A stretch of DNA of 63,227 nt, filler included, from Choristocarpus tenellus KU-1152 (lineage: Eukaryota; Protista; Phaeophyceae), in the NCBI GenBank assembly GCA_964200185.2. It is 13 parts of 13 records of this genome, joined end to end, with 100 filler letters (N's around TTAATTAATTAA, not from the genome) between each part and the next. Parts side by side here need not be neighbours in the genome. Positions count along the whole stretch, not along the records: positions 25,141 to 27,778 come from CAXNAD020026058.1; positions 27,879 to 31,489 come from CAXNAD020018962.1; positions 31,590 to 35,524 come from CAXNAD020017056.1; positions 35,625 to 40,624 come from CAXNAD020012220.1; 9 more parts are not named here. One strand, written 5' to 3'. The translations under genes and the position numbers were made by a program. Below are positions 26,751 to 39,437 of the stretch, one piece after another; position 1 is the stretch's first letter, and every line of letters starts with the position of its first letter. The notes below the pieces were generated by a model. That model had not been told where the DNA came from. It saw nothing but the letters and a program-made list of their open reading frames with translations, and did not search any database.

Positions 26751-26914
26751 TAGTAGTTCACAATGCAATAATTCATCTGTTGAACTCGTTGCAGTTTGGG
26801 TCAAACTTTTCTTTTGAACAAAGAGTTCTTCACATCTTCAAAAAAAATCATGGAAACACCAACTCCACCAGAGTTTTTGCATTTGTCGCTTTGTGTAACA
26901 CTGATTCGGGGAGG

Positions 26915-27413
26915 ATGGGCAAGGAGGTCTGCAGCCTATTGGCGAGAGTGGGACCACCATCGGCGTGGAGGATTCTGTTGATCGTTGCACCCCTCACCTC
27001 TCTCGCTGCAGTCTTGTTGAGGCGGAGATATGGACGTCGTCGTTGTAATGGAGAAGAGGCTCTGCTTGCGGTGGGATTGGCCTTGGGAGGCATCAAGCAC
27101 GAGGAGGTACTCTAGAATGGCTCTTTTCTTATACTATCCCGAGTAAATCTCATAGTAAAGTCTTTTGTGGAGGAATAACGCTTGCCAGGACCAGTAATTC
27201 ACTGTGGTGTGTGCGAGATTTGCTACAAATTGTGTTGATGTCAAATTTTTGTTGTTGCCCCTGCCAACCCAACAAATGTACCCAACTCCTTAATGTCAGG
27301 CGCGAGAGGTCGAAGAATCGATTGCACTTGACATGGGTGGATCTTTAACTAAGGTTCTAGTGATCAAACGGCGAGCAAGCAACAGTGGCAATGTAGTCAA
27401 TCCAGATGACCAG
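26915..27413 (+). CDS. PANK: Type II pantothenate kinase (fumble family), 5' part
   Basis: Exon 26915-27106 (hydrophobic ILLIVAPLTSLAAVLL then RRRYGRRR) splices in phase to 27300-27413, which carries IALDMGGSLTKVLV, the DxGGxLxK phosphate-1 motif of type II PanK. Confidence 0.72.
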
Positions 27414-28193
27414 GTCAAGTTCACCGCCTTGATGTAACCTGCGACTAGTCGCTAGGTTGGAATTATCCTAGATTACTACGGATTATTGCAGCCACGTCCG
27501 AAGACTGTATGCTTATATTCGCACTTTATTGTCCATTTTGTGAGTCTTGATTCATCCCATGTATCTGAGGCTTGGATATGCACCCCTCTTCGTTCACCCC
27601 CAGAAGTGTTTTTTTTGTCGTCAGAGCATTTTCAGACAACGACAGGTTCCTCACTGGCCAATGCAATGAGATTATATATACTGTATGATCATCGTGACTA
27701 TTGCAAGCAAAAAGTTTTCCCCTCACCTTGACCGTACTGTCTATGCTTCATTCCCTCCACCCTATAAACCACCTCTTCNNNNNNNNNNNNNNNNNNNNNN
27801 NNNNNNNNNNNNNNNNNNNNNNTTAATTAATTAANNNNNNNNNNNNNNNNNNNNNNNNNNNNNNNNNNNNNNNNNNNNAGTGCATTTGAAGACAGTACCA
27901 GCAAACCCTCACCCCGGTCCCCCCCCCTACCCCCCAAAAAGGCAAGAAGGAAATACATAAAAAAAAGAACCATCCCTTTGTTTCCGAACACAACCTCAAA
28001 AAAATAATTTCTACGTTAGTGCCATGCAAAAGCAACACAGAAAAAAGCTTTTCCCAGTAGAATTGGCGGACGAATCGCTCGTATCCACAATAGACATGAC
28101 TGACACATGCACGACCAATTCATGGAGTGCCAAGTACACGTACTTGTACAACAACAAAAGAAATAGGATGTATCTATGTATGTACAAATTCAC

Positions 28194-30664
28194 CTGCTCT
28201 GTGGTGGCATAGATGGCCTTGATGCCAACCTTCCCACCCCTCAGCAAGGTGTGCAAAGTGGCCATAGCCACCTTGCGCACTGTTGAGGCCACCACCCCAG
28301 CCCTCCAAATCCCGTTGGGCATTATGGTCTCAAGGAGAAGGGACTGGGAATGAACGCGCAACCCTTCCTCTGTAACCTTGTAGATGCACAGGATTGACAT
28401 GTCATGCCTATTTGTGTTGCAATTCATCTTTGCATCTTTTGATGGATTATCCACAAGTGAGGGAGATGAGCAGCAAGTCCAAGGCTATGATTATGGTAAC
28501 CAAGGTACAAAACATTTACCTAACCTGGCACAGCCACTAGCAATGTGAGATGACAACTGGGACTACCCTCGGAATGCAGGTATATATATATATATACATA
28601 TATACATATATACAACATCTGATGGTACAAGAGTGCGTTCTTGATGTGTGTATATGTGGGGGAGACTTGGGCATGTTTGGAGCAGAGGCTGAACATTTGT
28701 GCGGGGTAGTTTAGTGTAGATGGCCATGGAAAGATCGAACAAAATGGGCAAAAGAGCTCAAACATAGGGTGGTTCGATAGAGGGTGTGCCTCACCTCATC
28801 ATGAGATAGCACAGATTCCAGCAGAGCTAGCATGCTTAGCCGCAGCTCGGCATCCCTGTTTCATTTTAGGCCATGAGGGATAGGGGATGGGGGGGGAGGG
28901 GGGGGAACAAGGAGAAAAAAGTGAAAAAAAAATGAGAATAAGGTATGGCATCAAACCTTACTTTGAGGAATACTCCTGAGCACTCCAGAGTGATTCAAAG
29001 AACAAAAAAAAAACTCAAGTGTGAAACAAGGTAAGTGGTGACTGCAATCACCTCTCTCAAAAGACCTGCAGTACTCTCTCATTACCTCTCTGGGTTGTGC
29101 AACAACCCCCTAAAGATTGGCATCACCAGGCTCAGGTTCTTGCCCACTGCCTTGGGGGCAGACCTGAGTAGGACACTGAATCCTTCTCTCTGCGGGGATT
29201 CCTTACCCCACCCCTCCGACACTGAAACCCCTGAATGTATCCCCTTTGTTGACAGATGCCCAATTTCCTGCTCAAGTGAAGAAGGGAGAGAACGAGGTGT
29301 ACAAATAGTATGTGTTGAAAAAAAAACATCCAGCACATTTGCATGTTACAACAGAACAGGACCATAAAAACTTAAATAGTTGGATAATCAAAGACTCATT
29401 CATGCAATGGGCCGAGGCTACTAATCCCACCACCGAAATAGCAATGATAAGTTACACACAAGAAGCACGATTATCAAAAAACAAAAACAAAGAGCCCCTC
29501 CCTCTATATGTACAAGTGTGCCACTAGTACTAATAATGTGAATCATGGGGCTGGGGTTAGGGCTACATCAGGAAAAAGACAGAAAAAATAAGAAAATAAT
29601 TCAGGCAATGTAACGACCTACGTTACGGCTGCACCCCCCCGAACAGCGACTCCGCCCACGACAAGCCACCCCTCCATCCCCAGAACGAAACAAACACCCC
29701 GCAACCAACGACCNNNNNNNNNNCTCTTCCGCGCTCTAGCGCATTGAAACTATGTCAACCTTCACCCATGCAAACCTGCACCCCCCCCCCTCCCCACCCT
29801 CCCTACCTTCCCCTCCCCCCCACTGGTTATTCCTGTTTCGATGGAAATTGTGTTCCCTCCTTGCGTCTCAAGGGCCCGCATTTCTCCCCCAAGCACTGAC
29901 CCCAGAAGGTCGGTGAAATACCGATCAAAGAGGTCTTGTGGATCATGGAAGGCATTTATACGTGCAAGACAATGCACCAGACCAGACACAGCACTTGATT
30001 CTTCCCTCACCCCATCACACCCTGCCAAGAGCCACAACAGGACCCTAAGGAGCTGCAATCAGTGTAGTCAGGGCGGTGAAGGTCAATTGTTGAGAAAAGT
30101 GAAAAGCATTACACTCAAGTTGATTATACATTATACACAGATAGGTACTGGAATATGAAATATATGGACATCAATGGGTAGTTCACCATTGTTGTTGGAG
30201 TCTCGTATCGGTAGAGGGTGCTTGCCAACTGACCCATCACAAATTAGGGCAATTAGAGGATTGTATGCTCATGGGAGGCGGTGTGAGGGTTTTGGGGTAT
30301 TGAAAAAAGCTACAGTGCGATATCGACATTGAAGGGAAAGCAGGTGCTGCATCAATCATTGATCTATATTTTGGAGTACATGCATATATAATTCAAGATC
30401 ACATGCAATGCAATATTTTTCATTTTTTGCACCTGTGCCAGAAAAAAAAATCGCAACCAGACACCACCACGAGACCTTGATCCCCCTTCATCCACATTAT
30501 CCCCCCCACCCCCACCCCCCCAAAATCCTCACATGAAGGCATGTATGGGGTCTCCTCATTTCCTCCTTGAGATCACTGTCAAGTAATGCCTGACACATCA
30601 TAAAAACTGCCTCCCATAGATCATCATCAACCTCTGATCTCAGCAGGTCTTTGCTACATTGTGC
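28194..30664 (-). CDS. DNAAF5: HEAT-repeat dynein axonemal assembly factor 5 (HEATR2)-like, internal exons
   Basis: Phase-consistent exons 30664-30533, 30052-29807, 29267-29086 (WGKESPQREGFSVLL), 28855-28795 (RDAELRLSMLALL) and 28376-28194 (IMPNGIWRAGVVASTVRKVAMATL). The last resembles the PNLxWxAGR-A-xR motif of DNAAF5. Confidence 0.8.
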
Positions 30665-32955
30665 CTGATAGATGGGAGGATGATTGTGGCAAAAACTCAT
30701 GAGAACTTGAAAAGCAGGTTGAATCCACAACTGCAACAGTCTTGTGATTATGAACAAGAGCACAGAGAACCTGCAGAAGGGAGAGGAATGCAAAAAGACT
30801 AACAAATAATGAGACAATTAAGAACGCGTTGCTCGGAACAACAGGACCTTGGGGAAAAATAAAATAAGGGGGGTTCTCGCTTTAAAAAAATGTCTACACA
30901 GATTGGTGGTGAAACAAAACACCACAACGTATAACACAAAAGACTCTTGAAAAGGTTTGGTCTAGCGCGATTCTTTCAGTAGTAGTACGTTTATAATAGT
31001 ACTCTACTAGTGCATTACTGCATTTATTTGTCAAAACTGGAAAAGCGAAAAAGAAATGGTGCTGGCATCACTGCACAACAAATGAGAGATTGTGTTCGAC
31101 ATCGTCATGAGACAGAACTTGCAGGGGAATGAAAAGTGGCACTCAATTTTTTTTTTTTCAATTTTTTTATTTATTTATTTTAGTTGTGGCAGTAGTGTCT
31201 CGTTTCAATTGGACCTCGAAAAAAAAGGACTAGCCCGTTTTAAAGCAGGAACTTTGTAGCATACTCAAGTCTCAAAACTTTCATCACTGGCACCCCACCT
31301 GGAGCACATTCACATCCACATGCTCTTTGACAGCATGCATCTGATAGTTCTCTGCAGCAATAATCTGTCAAATAAGTTTTTTAGCGGGGGGGTGGGGGGG
31401 GGGGGGGGGGGGGGGCAGAGAAAACGAGGGGAGAGACCTAGCCCAGACAACCCCACCACAAACATATACCCTCTCTCCTGCTTTACAAANNNNNNNNNNN
31501 NNNNNNNNNNNNNNNNNNNNNNNNNNNNNNNNNTTAATTAATTAANNNNNNNNNNNNNNNNNNNNNNNNNNNNNNNNNNNNNNNNNNNNGTGTTAGGTGC
31601 AGTCATACCGTGTCATTGGCTATTCCATATACATCCCTTCTCCTGACCTGGTATGCCCCTCCTCGCTTACTCCCCCCCTCAATCACATACTCTTTTTTTC
31701 ACTTCCATTTCGACATACCTGGATCCAGTGGCAATCCTTGGAAATTCCTTGGAATTGTAGTACCTATATGATGTACAAGTATACCAATTCAGTTGACTTG
31801 GAAAGTAAAAAATGACTCTAGGAAAAAAGACCCTCCTTCTGAAACTGTCAAAATGTATATCGTGAAAATGTACTTAAACCATGTGTTGAGGGTATTCACT
31901 ACATCCCACCCTTATACCACCCCCAGGACTACATTGATTCCATGGAGGGAGCTACTAAATCAGCAATACTCTGTGCAGACCGTATCCTGGAGGATACTGC
32001 CAAAATTGCAGCAGCAAGAGAGGAAGACAAGGTCTCTGCTGCCAGTGCAGTCTAAATGGTGTAGCTGTGGTGTTGTTTTGTGATGGTGCGTGCGACTGCA
32101 TTGTCCCTGCCCTTCCAAGGTGTAAACCTTCACTGCTGGGACAAATAGGAGTCCTCTCTCGTGGGTGATGCACATACAATATTTTGGACTAGGGCGTGCG
32201 AGGGAGAGGGGGCAATATACCAGGTTGTTGGAATATGGTGTACCAACGTTTTCCAGAGTACCTTTGAGCCTTGGAGTTGGTATGAATAAGGAAGAGTTTA
32301 ATTCTTGCGGGTGCTTTGAGGCATGGAGTGGACCGACAAGGGTGTAAGAGTGGAGGTGTAGGGGTCAGGGAGGAGTGCGGTCAGGATTGATTGTAGAGAA
32401 TGATGTAGGTATTTTGTTCTTCGAAAGGGTCACCATTCATTTTTCATGTCTCCACACACAATGAACACTTGTCTAATGCATCAATATGTAATAGAGGAGT
32501 ATATGTGACTCCCAAGTAAACACTTCAAGACTCTACGGGTAGAAGTACATCATGTTTGTCAATTATGGTGCTAGAGGTACATCATGTTTGTCAATACCGT
32601 GTGGAAGTTGCATTAAGCATTTTGTTGTCATGAGACAGTGGCAGTGGCATTGTCTGGGAGAAGGGTCATAATGGACAAGCACAGGTAATACATCAGTATA
32701 GCCAGGCATGGTGAGATGAGATGATGGCAAGGTATATCCATACTATTAGTAGTAACAACAATATTCTGATGGGTGCGATAATATGGAAATGGAAATTGGT
32801 GAGGGTTAGGCCAAGCTGCTTGTGTACGAGTAGTAGGTGGATGGATGTGGCAGCCACAGAGCATCTAAATGCTTCGATTCTTCAGTGACCCATAAGTCAA
32901 TGAACAAAGCCTAGAAGGCCGGTCCCACACAATATGTGCAGGGATACATATTTGC

Positions 32956-33050
32956 TTAGTATCCTCCTTCAGCAGGCCCGGTATCCTTCTCCTTGTCTTT
33001 ACGTTTCACCTGGCGAATCATCTGCAGGCGGCGTTGGATGACACGCTGGG
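32956..33050 (-). CDS. Isolated probable terminal exon of an unknown protein
   Basis: TAG acceptor, then AQRVIQRRLQMIRQVKRKDKEKDTGPAEGGY*; GC-rich and coding-like within AT-rich flanks. Confidence 0.4.
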
Positions 33051-33520
33051 CTACAGCCTCATCACGGTCCCTTTTCTAGCCTCAGTGTTTGCTGAGAGTC
33101 GTATGTTGTTCAGAAAATGGATACTGGATCTCACACAGGAAGATACACTTGAGTAAACCACAGCAGATGACGATGAAGAGTTAAGCTGATTCAATTTGTT
33201 TAACTTACAAGAAATAGAGTGTTTCGCATTGCATGTGAAGCAATAGCTCCTCCAGTTGGACAAGCATCACATTTTTCTTACGTAGTAACATCTTTCATGA
33301 ACAGAGGGGAAATGCAACACTCTTTACTATATTAAGTGAATCACAATATTCAGCATTGCTTTGTTTGGACATTATTCTGGTGACTCCATTTTTTTTGGCA
33401 ATAATGCACTTATGGTACTTTTTTCTGTATTGTCTGTACACGAACTGCAACATTGATATGGTACTCAGGAGTGAGCTCCGTAGCAAATCCAATTTGAATT
33501 TTATATTACTATTAGTGTGT

Positions 33521-33558
33521 TGTATGTATGTATGTATGTATGTATGTATGTATGTATG

Positions 33559-33587
<29 letters not shown>
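33521..33587. repeat. (TATG)n microsatellite
   Basis: Perfect tetranucleotide run. Confidence 0.95.
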
Positions 33588-33589
<2 letters not shown>

Positions 33590-34171
33590 TGTAATGTATA
33601 ATAACTTCATACATGAGGCAGGGTGAGTCACTCACCCCGTCTGCCTTTGACGTTGGTTGCATTCTATTCAGCATGATGATATGTCGGTGGAGGTCCTACT
33701 GCTATTTTTATATTGGCTGTCCTAATTCATTCACTATTAATAATAGTTCTAAATCTCTCCAAGCTCAGTTCCTCAATGAAGGCGGCATATTACACTGCAT
33801 ATGCTTGGCCTTGATGTTTTGTTAATGCTTTCCATTCAAACATCCCTAAGACGAAAACATGCTCTACGTTTTATGTTTGAGACACACCAAAAAAAATGTG
33901 GAAAGCATGCTTTGAAGTAGTAGAAAAGAGTATTATTTTCGAGCAAGCCACAAGGTCCATCAAGTATTTTTTTTGTGAGAACTAATTGTTGATAGTGTTT
34001 GTTGCTGCTGTTATAGCTACAGTAGCACATTTTGAAATCTCAGTCATGGCAGAAAGATCACTCTCTCCGCAGGCCAAGGCACAAATATTTCTTACTGAGT
34101 ATTAATAATTAATGAGTGAGTAGATATCCAAGGCTGATTCAACTTTCCTCTCCTTCAGTTTAACAGTCTTT

Positions 34172-34427
34172 GAGCCGAAGTATCTTAGGGTTAGGGTAGA
34201 GCGGTGTCCATCTGGGGGTCAAAATCCAATGTTGTGATTTTGATGTAATTTTGGCTATCATGTTAATAAGTGTCAATATCCTTGTTCCAGACACACCTTT
34301 TCATAATGTATACATTTTGCCTACTCCTAAACATTTTGGAGTAGGAAAATGTCATAAAAAAAATGGGAAGCCAAGCACCAAAGGGACAAACAGGGCAAAA
34401 CTCGTACCCTCTAAGATACTTTCACTC
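34172..34427 (-). mobile_element. MITE family M1, copy 2 (inverted orientation)
   Basis: GAGCCGAAGTATCTTAGGG...TACCCTCTAAGATACTTTCACTC; reverse complement of the other copies. Confidence 0.9.
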
Positions 34428-36102
34428 TTTGTTATCGTAAGTCGTTCAGAAAGTGACCAACCAACTCCAACTGAGCATTGCCCATGTTTCTAGTCTACAC
34501 ACTAGTTCATATTATTCCAGAGAGAGTTCGATCTGCTTTCTATTCCAAGAGCTCTAGGACAAAAATGATAATAGTAATAATAATGTACCTGAATCGATTG
34601 TTCCACAACCTTTACATGTTATCATTTAATTTGTGTTACCCTACCAACCTCGATACAACACAGTTCTACTAACCCACTATTTCCCCACAAGATAGTGAGA
34701 GTACTATTGAAGTATAATGATTCTTGACAGATTCCCCTGATCTGAACAGAGGGTGGGCTGAACAACTCATTCCATCCTAACCCTTACACGTAAGTTTTTT
34801 TGCTAAAAACGATACTTTCTTTTAGAACTCCGGAGTACCTCTGTTTTATGTCCACTGATGCTTTTTGTGGATACTGTCATGGGGGGGGGGACGAGACAAC
34901 ATAGAAAGCAGAGAATCCAACAATCACAACGACATAATCTTTGTATAATATATAGCGTACAATTAAAGCCTTCCTGTACCATAAACATTAACAGCACACA
35001 CTGGTTTAGCCTTTCTTGTAGGGTGGCCCTAAGCTGTTCATTCTTCACGAAGAGAGGATTTAATAAGGGAATACTGCTGTACCTGAAACAGCTTTGATTT
35101 ATTAGCTGATGGGTTTCCAAAAAGCAAGGTCAAAATGAGCATTGACTTCACCATTTCATTTATGTGTCATTTAGAGCATAGACAGGCAATGAATGTCCGA
35201 AAATAAAGCACACACAAGCCTTCCCTGTCCGTGGTGGTGTGTGCTCTCGATGACATTAATTACACTGTGGCGACGAGGTGTGTAACACTTCCTTTGCCTG
35301 AGTGTTGATTTGACAAACTCATGCACCTCTTGACCTCAGCGGAATGGAAGTGACTCTGTTTGGAACGAGGTTGCTGGAGGAGGGTTCCTGCAAACCCCAC
35401 GTGAACCGAAGCCTAAGGGAGCACAACAAACGTTACGTATGTATTACCCCTGTTAACAGGGGATCCTCAAAATTGAGGAAGGCGCGGGACTATGAGGATG
35501 GTTGTTTTGCGAAAACGGTCTTTANNNNNNNNNNNNNNNNNNNNNNNNNNNNNNNNNNNNNNNNNNNNTTAATTAATTAANNNNNNNNNNNNNNNNNNNN
35601 NNNNNNNNNNNNNNNNNNNNNNNNCTGCCACCCCCCCTGCATACGTTAAGCAGCGTCAAAAACGGACACCGGCATCCCCCCCCCCAGATACTTTGACCCA
35701 GAAGTCTGCTCAATTGACCCTGCATGTGGACTATTGCTTATATTGACACCCACTAATAAAGAGGGAGGGGACTTCCTGCCATCACTTCTAGTTGATGAGC
35801 ACTCCTGCTTGGCAAAGACCAGAGGACAACAGGACTCTTAACATCAGCCAATGTTTTCTATTGACTATAAATCGCCTGTGTGCTCAATTACTCCCCATGA
35901 TTTTCTTCCCAAGTATAGCATGTAGTGCTTTCTCACCCTGGACAAGGTCCTTACATACTTTAAAAAGTATTTAACTTGACCTCTTCGTAATACTGTACTT
36001 ATAAAAACTCATGAGCTTTGGGTATTAGGGCAAACATGTAAATATGGATTAAAAAAGCGTAGTCCACACTCCTGTTGTTGCTGATTCCAAACCTCAACTC
36101 AC

Positions 36103-37425
36103 ATTTCTGAACTGTTCAAACTGTGAGTAGCGCTTCCTGACGCTCCACTGGCATCCACCAAGACATGCCAACACCTCATACGTTGTGTACCTGTTGAACA
36201 ACATGACAAACGTAGGTGGGTGAGAGTGAAAGAGACAGAATGGACCAAGACCTGGGCTCACTTAAGCAACCACTACATCGCACAGAATGAGAGGTACAAG
36301 GGAACAGTGGATTTGCTAGGGGAGTGCAGTTAAGCAGCATAGGAACCAGGCTGGGGTGTGACACTGTGACAAGAATCTGGTTATCATCAGGGAATCGAGA
36401 CACCATCGAAGCGACCTATTCACCAGATATATTTGAGATGTTTGAGCACGAGCGAATTGCGACTCCACCACATCTGCGGTACATTGCCTTGCCAAAACAT
36501 GTATGAACAACACCACATATCTCTCTGATTGCGACATAAGCTGCAGCAGCGACTTTGACGGTAAAATAATCTGTATGTTGAAATTTCACGTTGTCTGGTC
36601 CATCAGGTAGAGATGTTTGAAGGTGTAGGCACCGGTTGAGCAATCAAAAGGCAACCAGCACTATACAAAACACAATATATATCTAGACCCACACAAACAG
36701 GTAAGGACCGTGAGGCTCGCAAAGGCTAAGATCATGGCAGAAAACAGTAATATATCAACTTGGCAAGGTTCTGCCACATGTTCTGCTAGCTTTTCGCCCT
36801 GTACGTACCTCTGCCCGTCCGAGGTGAGGTGTTCCTGATAGGATGGAACCGAAAGTTGGAGTCCACCAGCACCCTCATCAGTACCTACTACACTTAGCAC
36901 TGGCGAACTGGGAGGGGGAGAACGCTCACTATCTCCTCGGGATGACTCACTTGCTGAAGGTGTTGCACCCTGAATCGGTTTGGATGGGGAGACACCTACC
37001 GAAGTAGTCGGGGAGAGAGTCGGGACTTGGTCCGCACCTTCCGACTCACTTGGGCCACTGTTTGAAGAAGAGACGACAGGTGGAGCGGTAGTCGACGCAA
37101 CAGTTTCCCCGGAAAGTTTGGGAGGTACAGACACATTCTCTAGGCCAGGTGGTTCTTCTATGAGAGGTTGTGTAGATACTTTTTCAGCTTCTGGGTCGAT
37201 GGTCGCCGACGAAGAAGTGGCTGGAGCTACAGGTACAGTTGTGTCTGCACTTGTCTCAGGTGGTTGTTGACCCCCTTCAACTATTGGTGCGTTTTGGTTG
37301 GTCCTCTCATTGACACCAGTGTCCATTTCACCGGGTGTGGAACCTCCAACTTCCGAAACAGGAGCAGCTGGGGACGACGCTTCACGCGTGGTAGAAGGGC
37401 TTTTTCCATCACCCTCGGTAGACAT
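36103..37425 (-). CDS. PX (Phox homology) domain protein with a long Ser/Pro/Thr-rich N-terminus, 5' part
   Basis: Exon 37425-36809 splices in phase to 36190-36103, giving LSVPSYQEHLTSDGQRYTTYEVLACLGGCQWSVRKRYSQFEQFRN (PX W-x-V-x-R/K-R-Y-S-x-F motif). Confidence 0.85.
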
Positions 37426-37498
37426 GGTAAATTGGCTGACCTCACAGAAACGTGCTGTACACGTCTACAGCACAAGAAATTCCCCTACTCAATCTACA

Positions 37499-39437
37499 AT
37501 GCCACCTCCTGTCTCTCTTCCCTCGCATAGAAGGTTCTCAGACAAGACTAAACCACCACACTATAGCGATTCTTATCAAGCATACCCTGCTCCCTGGTTA
37601 AATCTCTCCATCTTATGGTTAACAAGATTGGGAAGTGAGGAACCAATAGATTCAAGGTCGGTGGTTCAAGGGTACCTGAGTTCTTTGATGTTAGAATTCA
37701 AGCTTGATCTTGAAAAAGGGTGTGTGGATTTATGTATAATACCGTTCATCGAACGGTAAATTAGTCAATGGTCGGTACAAATTTAAAGGATTCAAAAAAG
37801 AGATCGATTGAGAGGAGGGTCTGAAGACTCACAGTAAGACCTTCAGGAACGGCCTTTGTTGAAGGGAAGAGGGCACCGCCCTGCTTCTCTTGCTTACTAG
37901 AGACATTTGTTCCTTCTCTACGCTTCCAGTGCTTGGGGGTAGAGAGAAGTTGGTTTCTCAAAGCAATCCATCTTGAAGTGGGGAAGGGATAAGGAAACTC
38001 ACAGTGGATTTCGTCCTCTTACTTTCTACAACAGGGTGGACGAGAACCTCCCTACATCATCGTTTCAAATCTCGGTTGATCCATTTGAAGCACTGATCTC
38101 GCTGGAAGCTTCACTGCTGTCGAAAGAGAGCATACCGGTGAGGAGAATCATGGAGATGGCAGGGTTAGACAGAGGGAACTACCCCCCTATTGCTGGGAAC
38201 GATTCCAAGACTCTTCGAAAGCTTAGCCTCCTCGAGGCTAGAATGGTGGGGTTGGACACGGATTCACAAGAAGCTCAGCTATTGCCCTCAGGCGATGGAA
38301 GTCGTGGGAGCGAGAATAACAGCAACTCCAGGTGGGTCGAATGGTGATGTTAAGGGTTTCTTCGTCCCCACCATTCCGTACGTCCACTAACATAGTCCAG
38401 GTTCTCCAATGGTAACCTGTAGGTGCGGTTGCAAGGATTATCTTTGGTTTGTAAGAGGCTAATCTCGGTTCGATCTATAAATTCTCGTTTGTGACGTTTT
38501 GAATGCTTGTTCATTGAGAAGTACTATGATGACAACATGGTGTCCAACAATCCCACGGAATCAATCTCTCCGAAGAGAAGTTTGGCCTTTTAATAAGTTA
38601 TTGCTTCAAATCTTTGGGTGACATTCTGGACAGTTTTCTCTCCCGTTATCCTCTAGACCTCATGCTGCCTCATGTCCTTGTGGCGTTTTACCGAAGTCCT
38701 CGTCCACGTTCTCCACAGTGACCCTCCACCCCTTGCCCACTGGCGCAAACGTACAAAGGTCAACCATCGGTTTCGCCAGGCCGCAAATAGCTGTCCCTTC
38801 TCCTTCCCAGGGAAATTCGAATGGACCGGGGCTGTCGCAGGGGCATGGCCTAGGGACAGTGGGGGGTAACACGCAAGCAGATCCTGTAATGGGCCAGGGC
38901 CAAGGGGGAGGAGGTTCCCTGAAGCGGAAGGTGCCACAGTCAATCGCCCCAACTATTCCATAAGTCGTACATAGATCAAAACCTAAGTAGAGCTGGCCAT
39001 GTGGTCAATCATAACTTTGTTGTTTTGACAAAAGCAGGAAGTGGACAACTAACGTCTCTCTTTTTCATGGGTAGTTAATCCCCTTTGCAAGCCCTCCTTC
39101 ATTCCTTGGATTTGCTCGAAATACTTTCACCAACGTTGCATCGCTCTTCTCTTCTCCCAAAACAAGCATATAAATCTATATTTATGTACCTACCATTGCC
39201 CATTTTTCTTCTTGATTGCTGGGTAGGCTCCACACAGCGAACCATTCAGCCCACATAAATTGTTGCCTCCAGCCGTGGGTAATAGACTGCAGCCAGGCAC
39301 CCCCAGCACACAAAGCACCATCGATGAGAAGAGCACAGGTGCGCCTATCCCTGAAACAGCAGCCTCTGCGACTGAAGGGATGCAAGGAGATGTTGAAGAT
39401 GTCAGGCTGTTCGCTGCAGGAGAGAAACGCCTGAAAG
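37499..39437 (+). CDS. Hypothetical protein, at least 4 exons, 3' part unresolved
   Basis: Exons 37499-37596, 38035-38331, 38657-38930 and 39227-39437 join with consistent phases at GT-AG sites and no stops. No recognisable domain. Confidence 0.6.

Noticed and set aside
36416-36643. ORF TSLPDGPDNVKFQHTDYFTVKV as exon 2 of the PX gene
   Set aside because: Its phase does not fit the exon-1 donor, while exon 36190-36103 fits and completes the PX motif.
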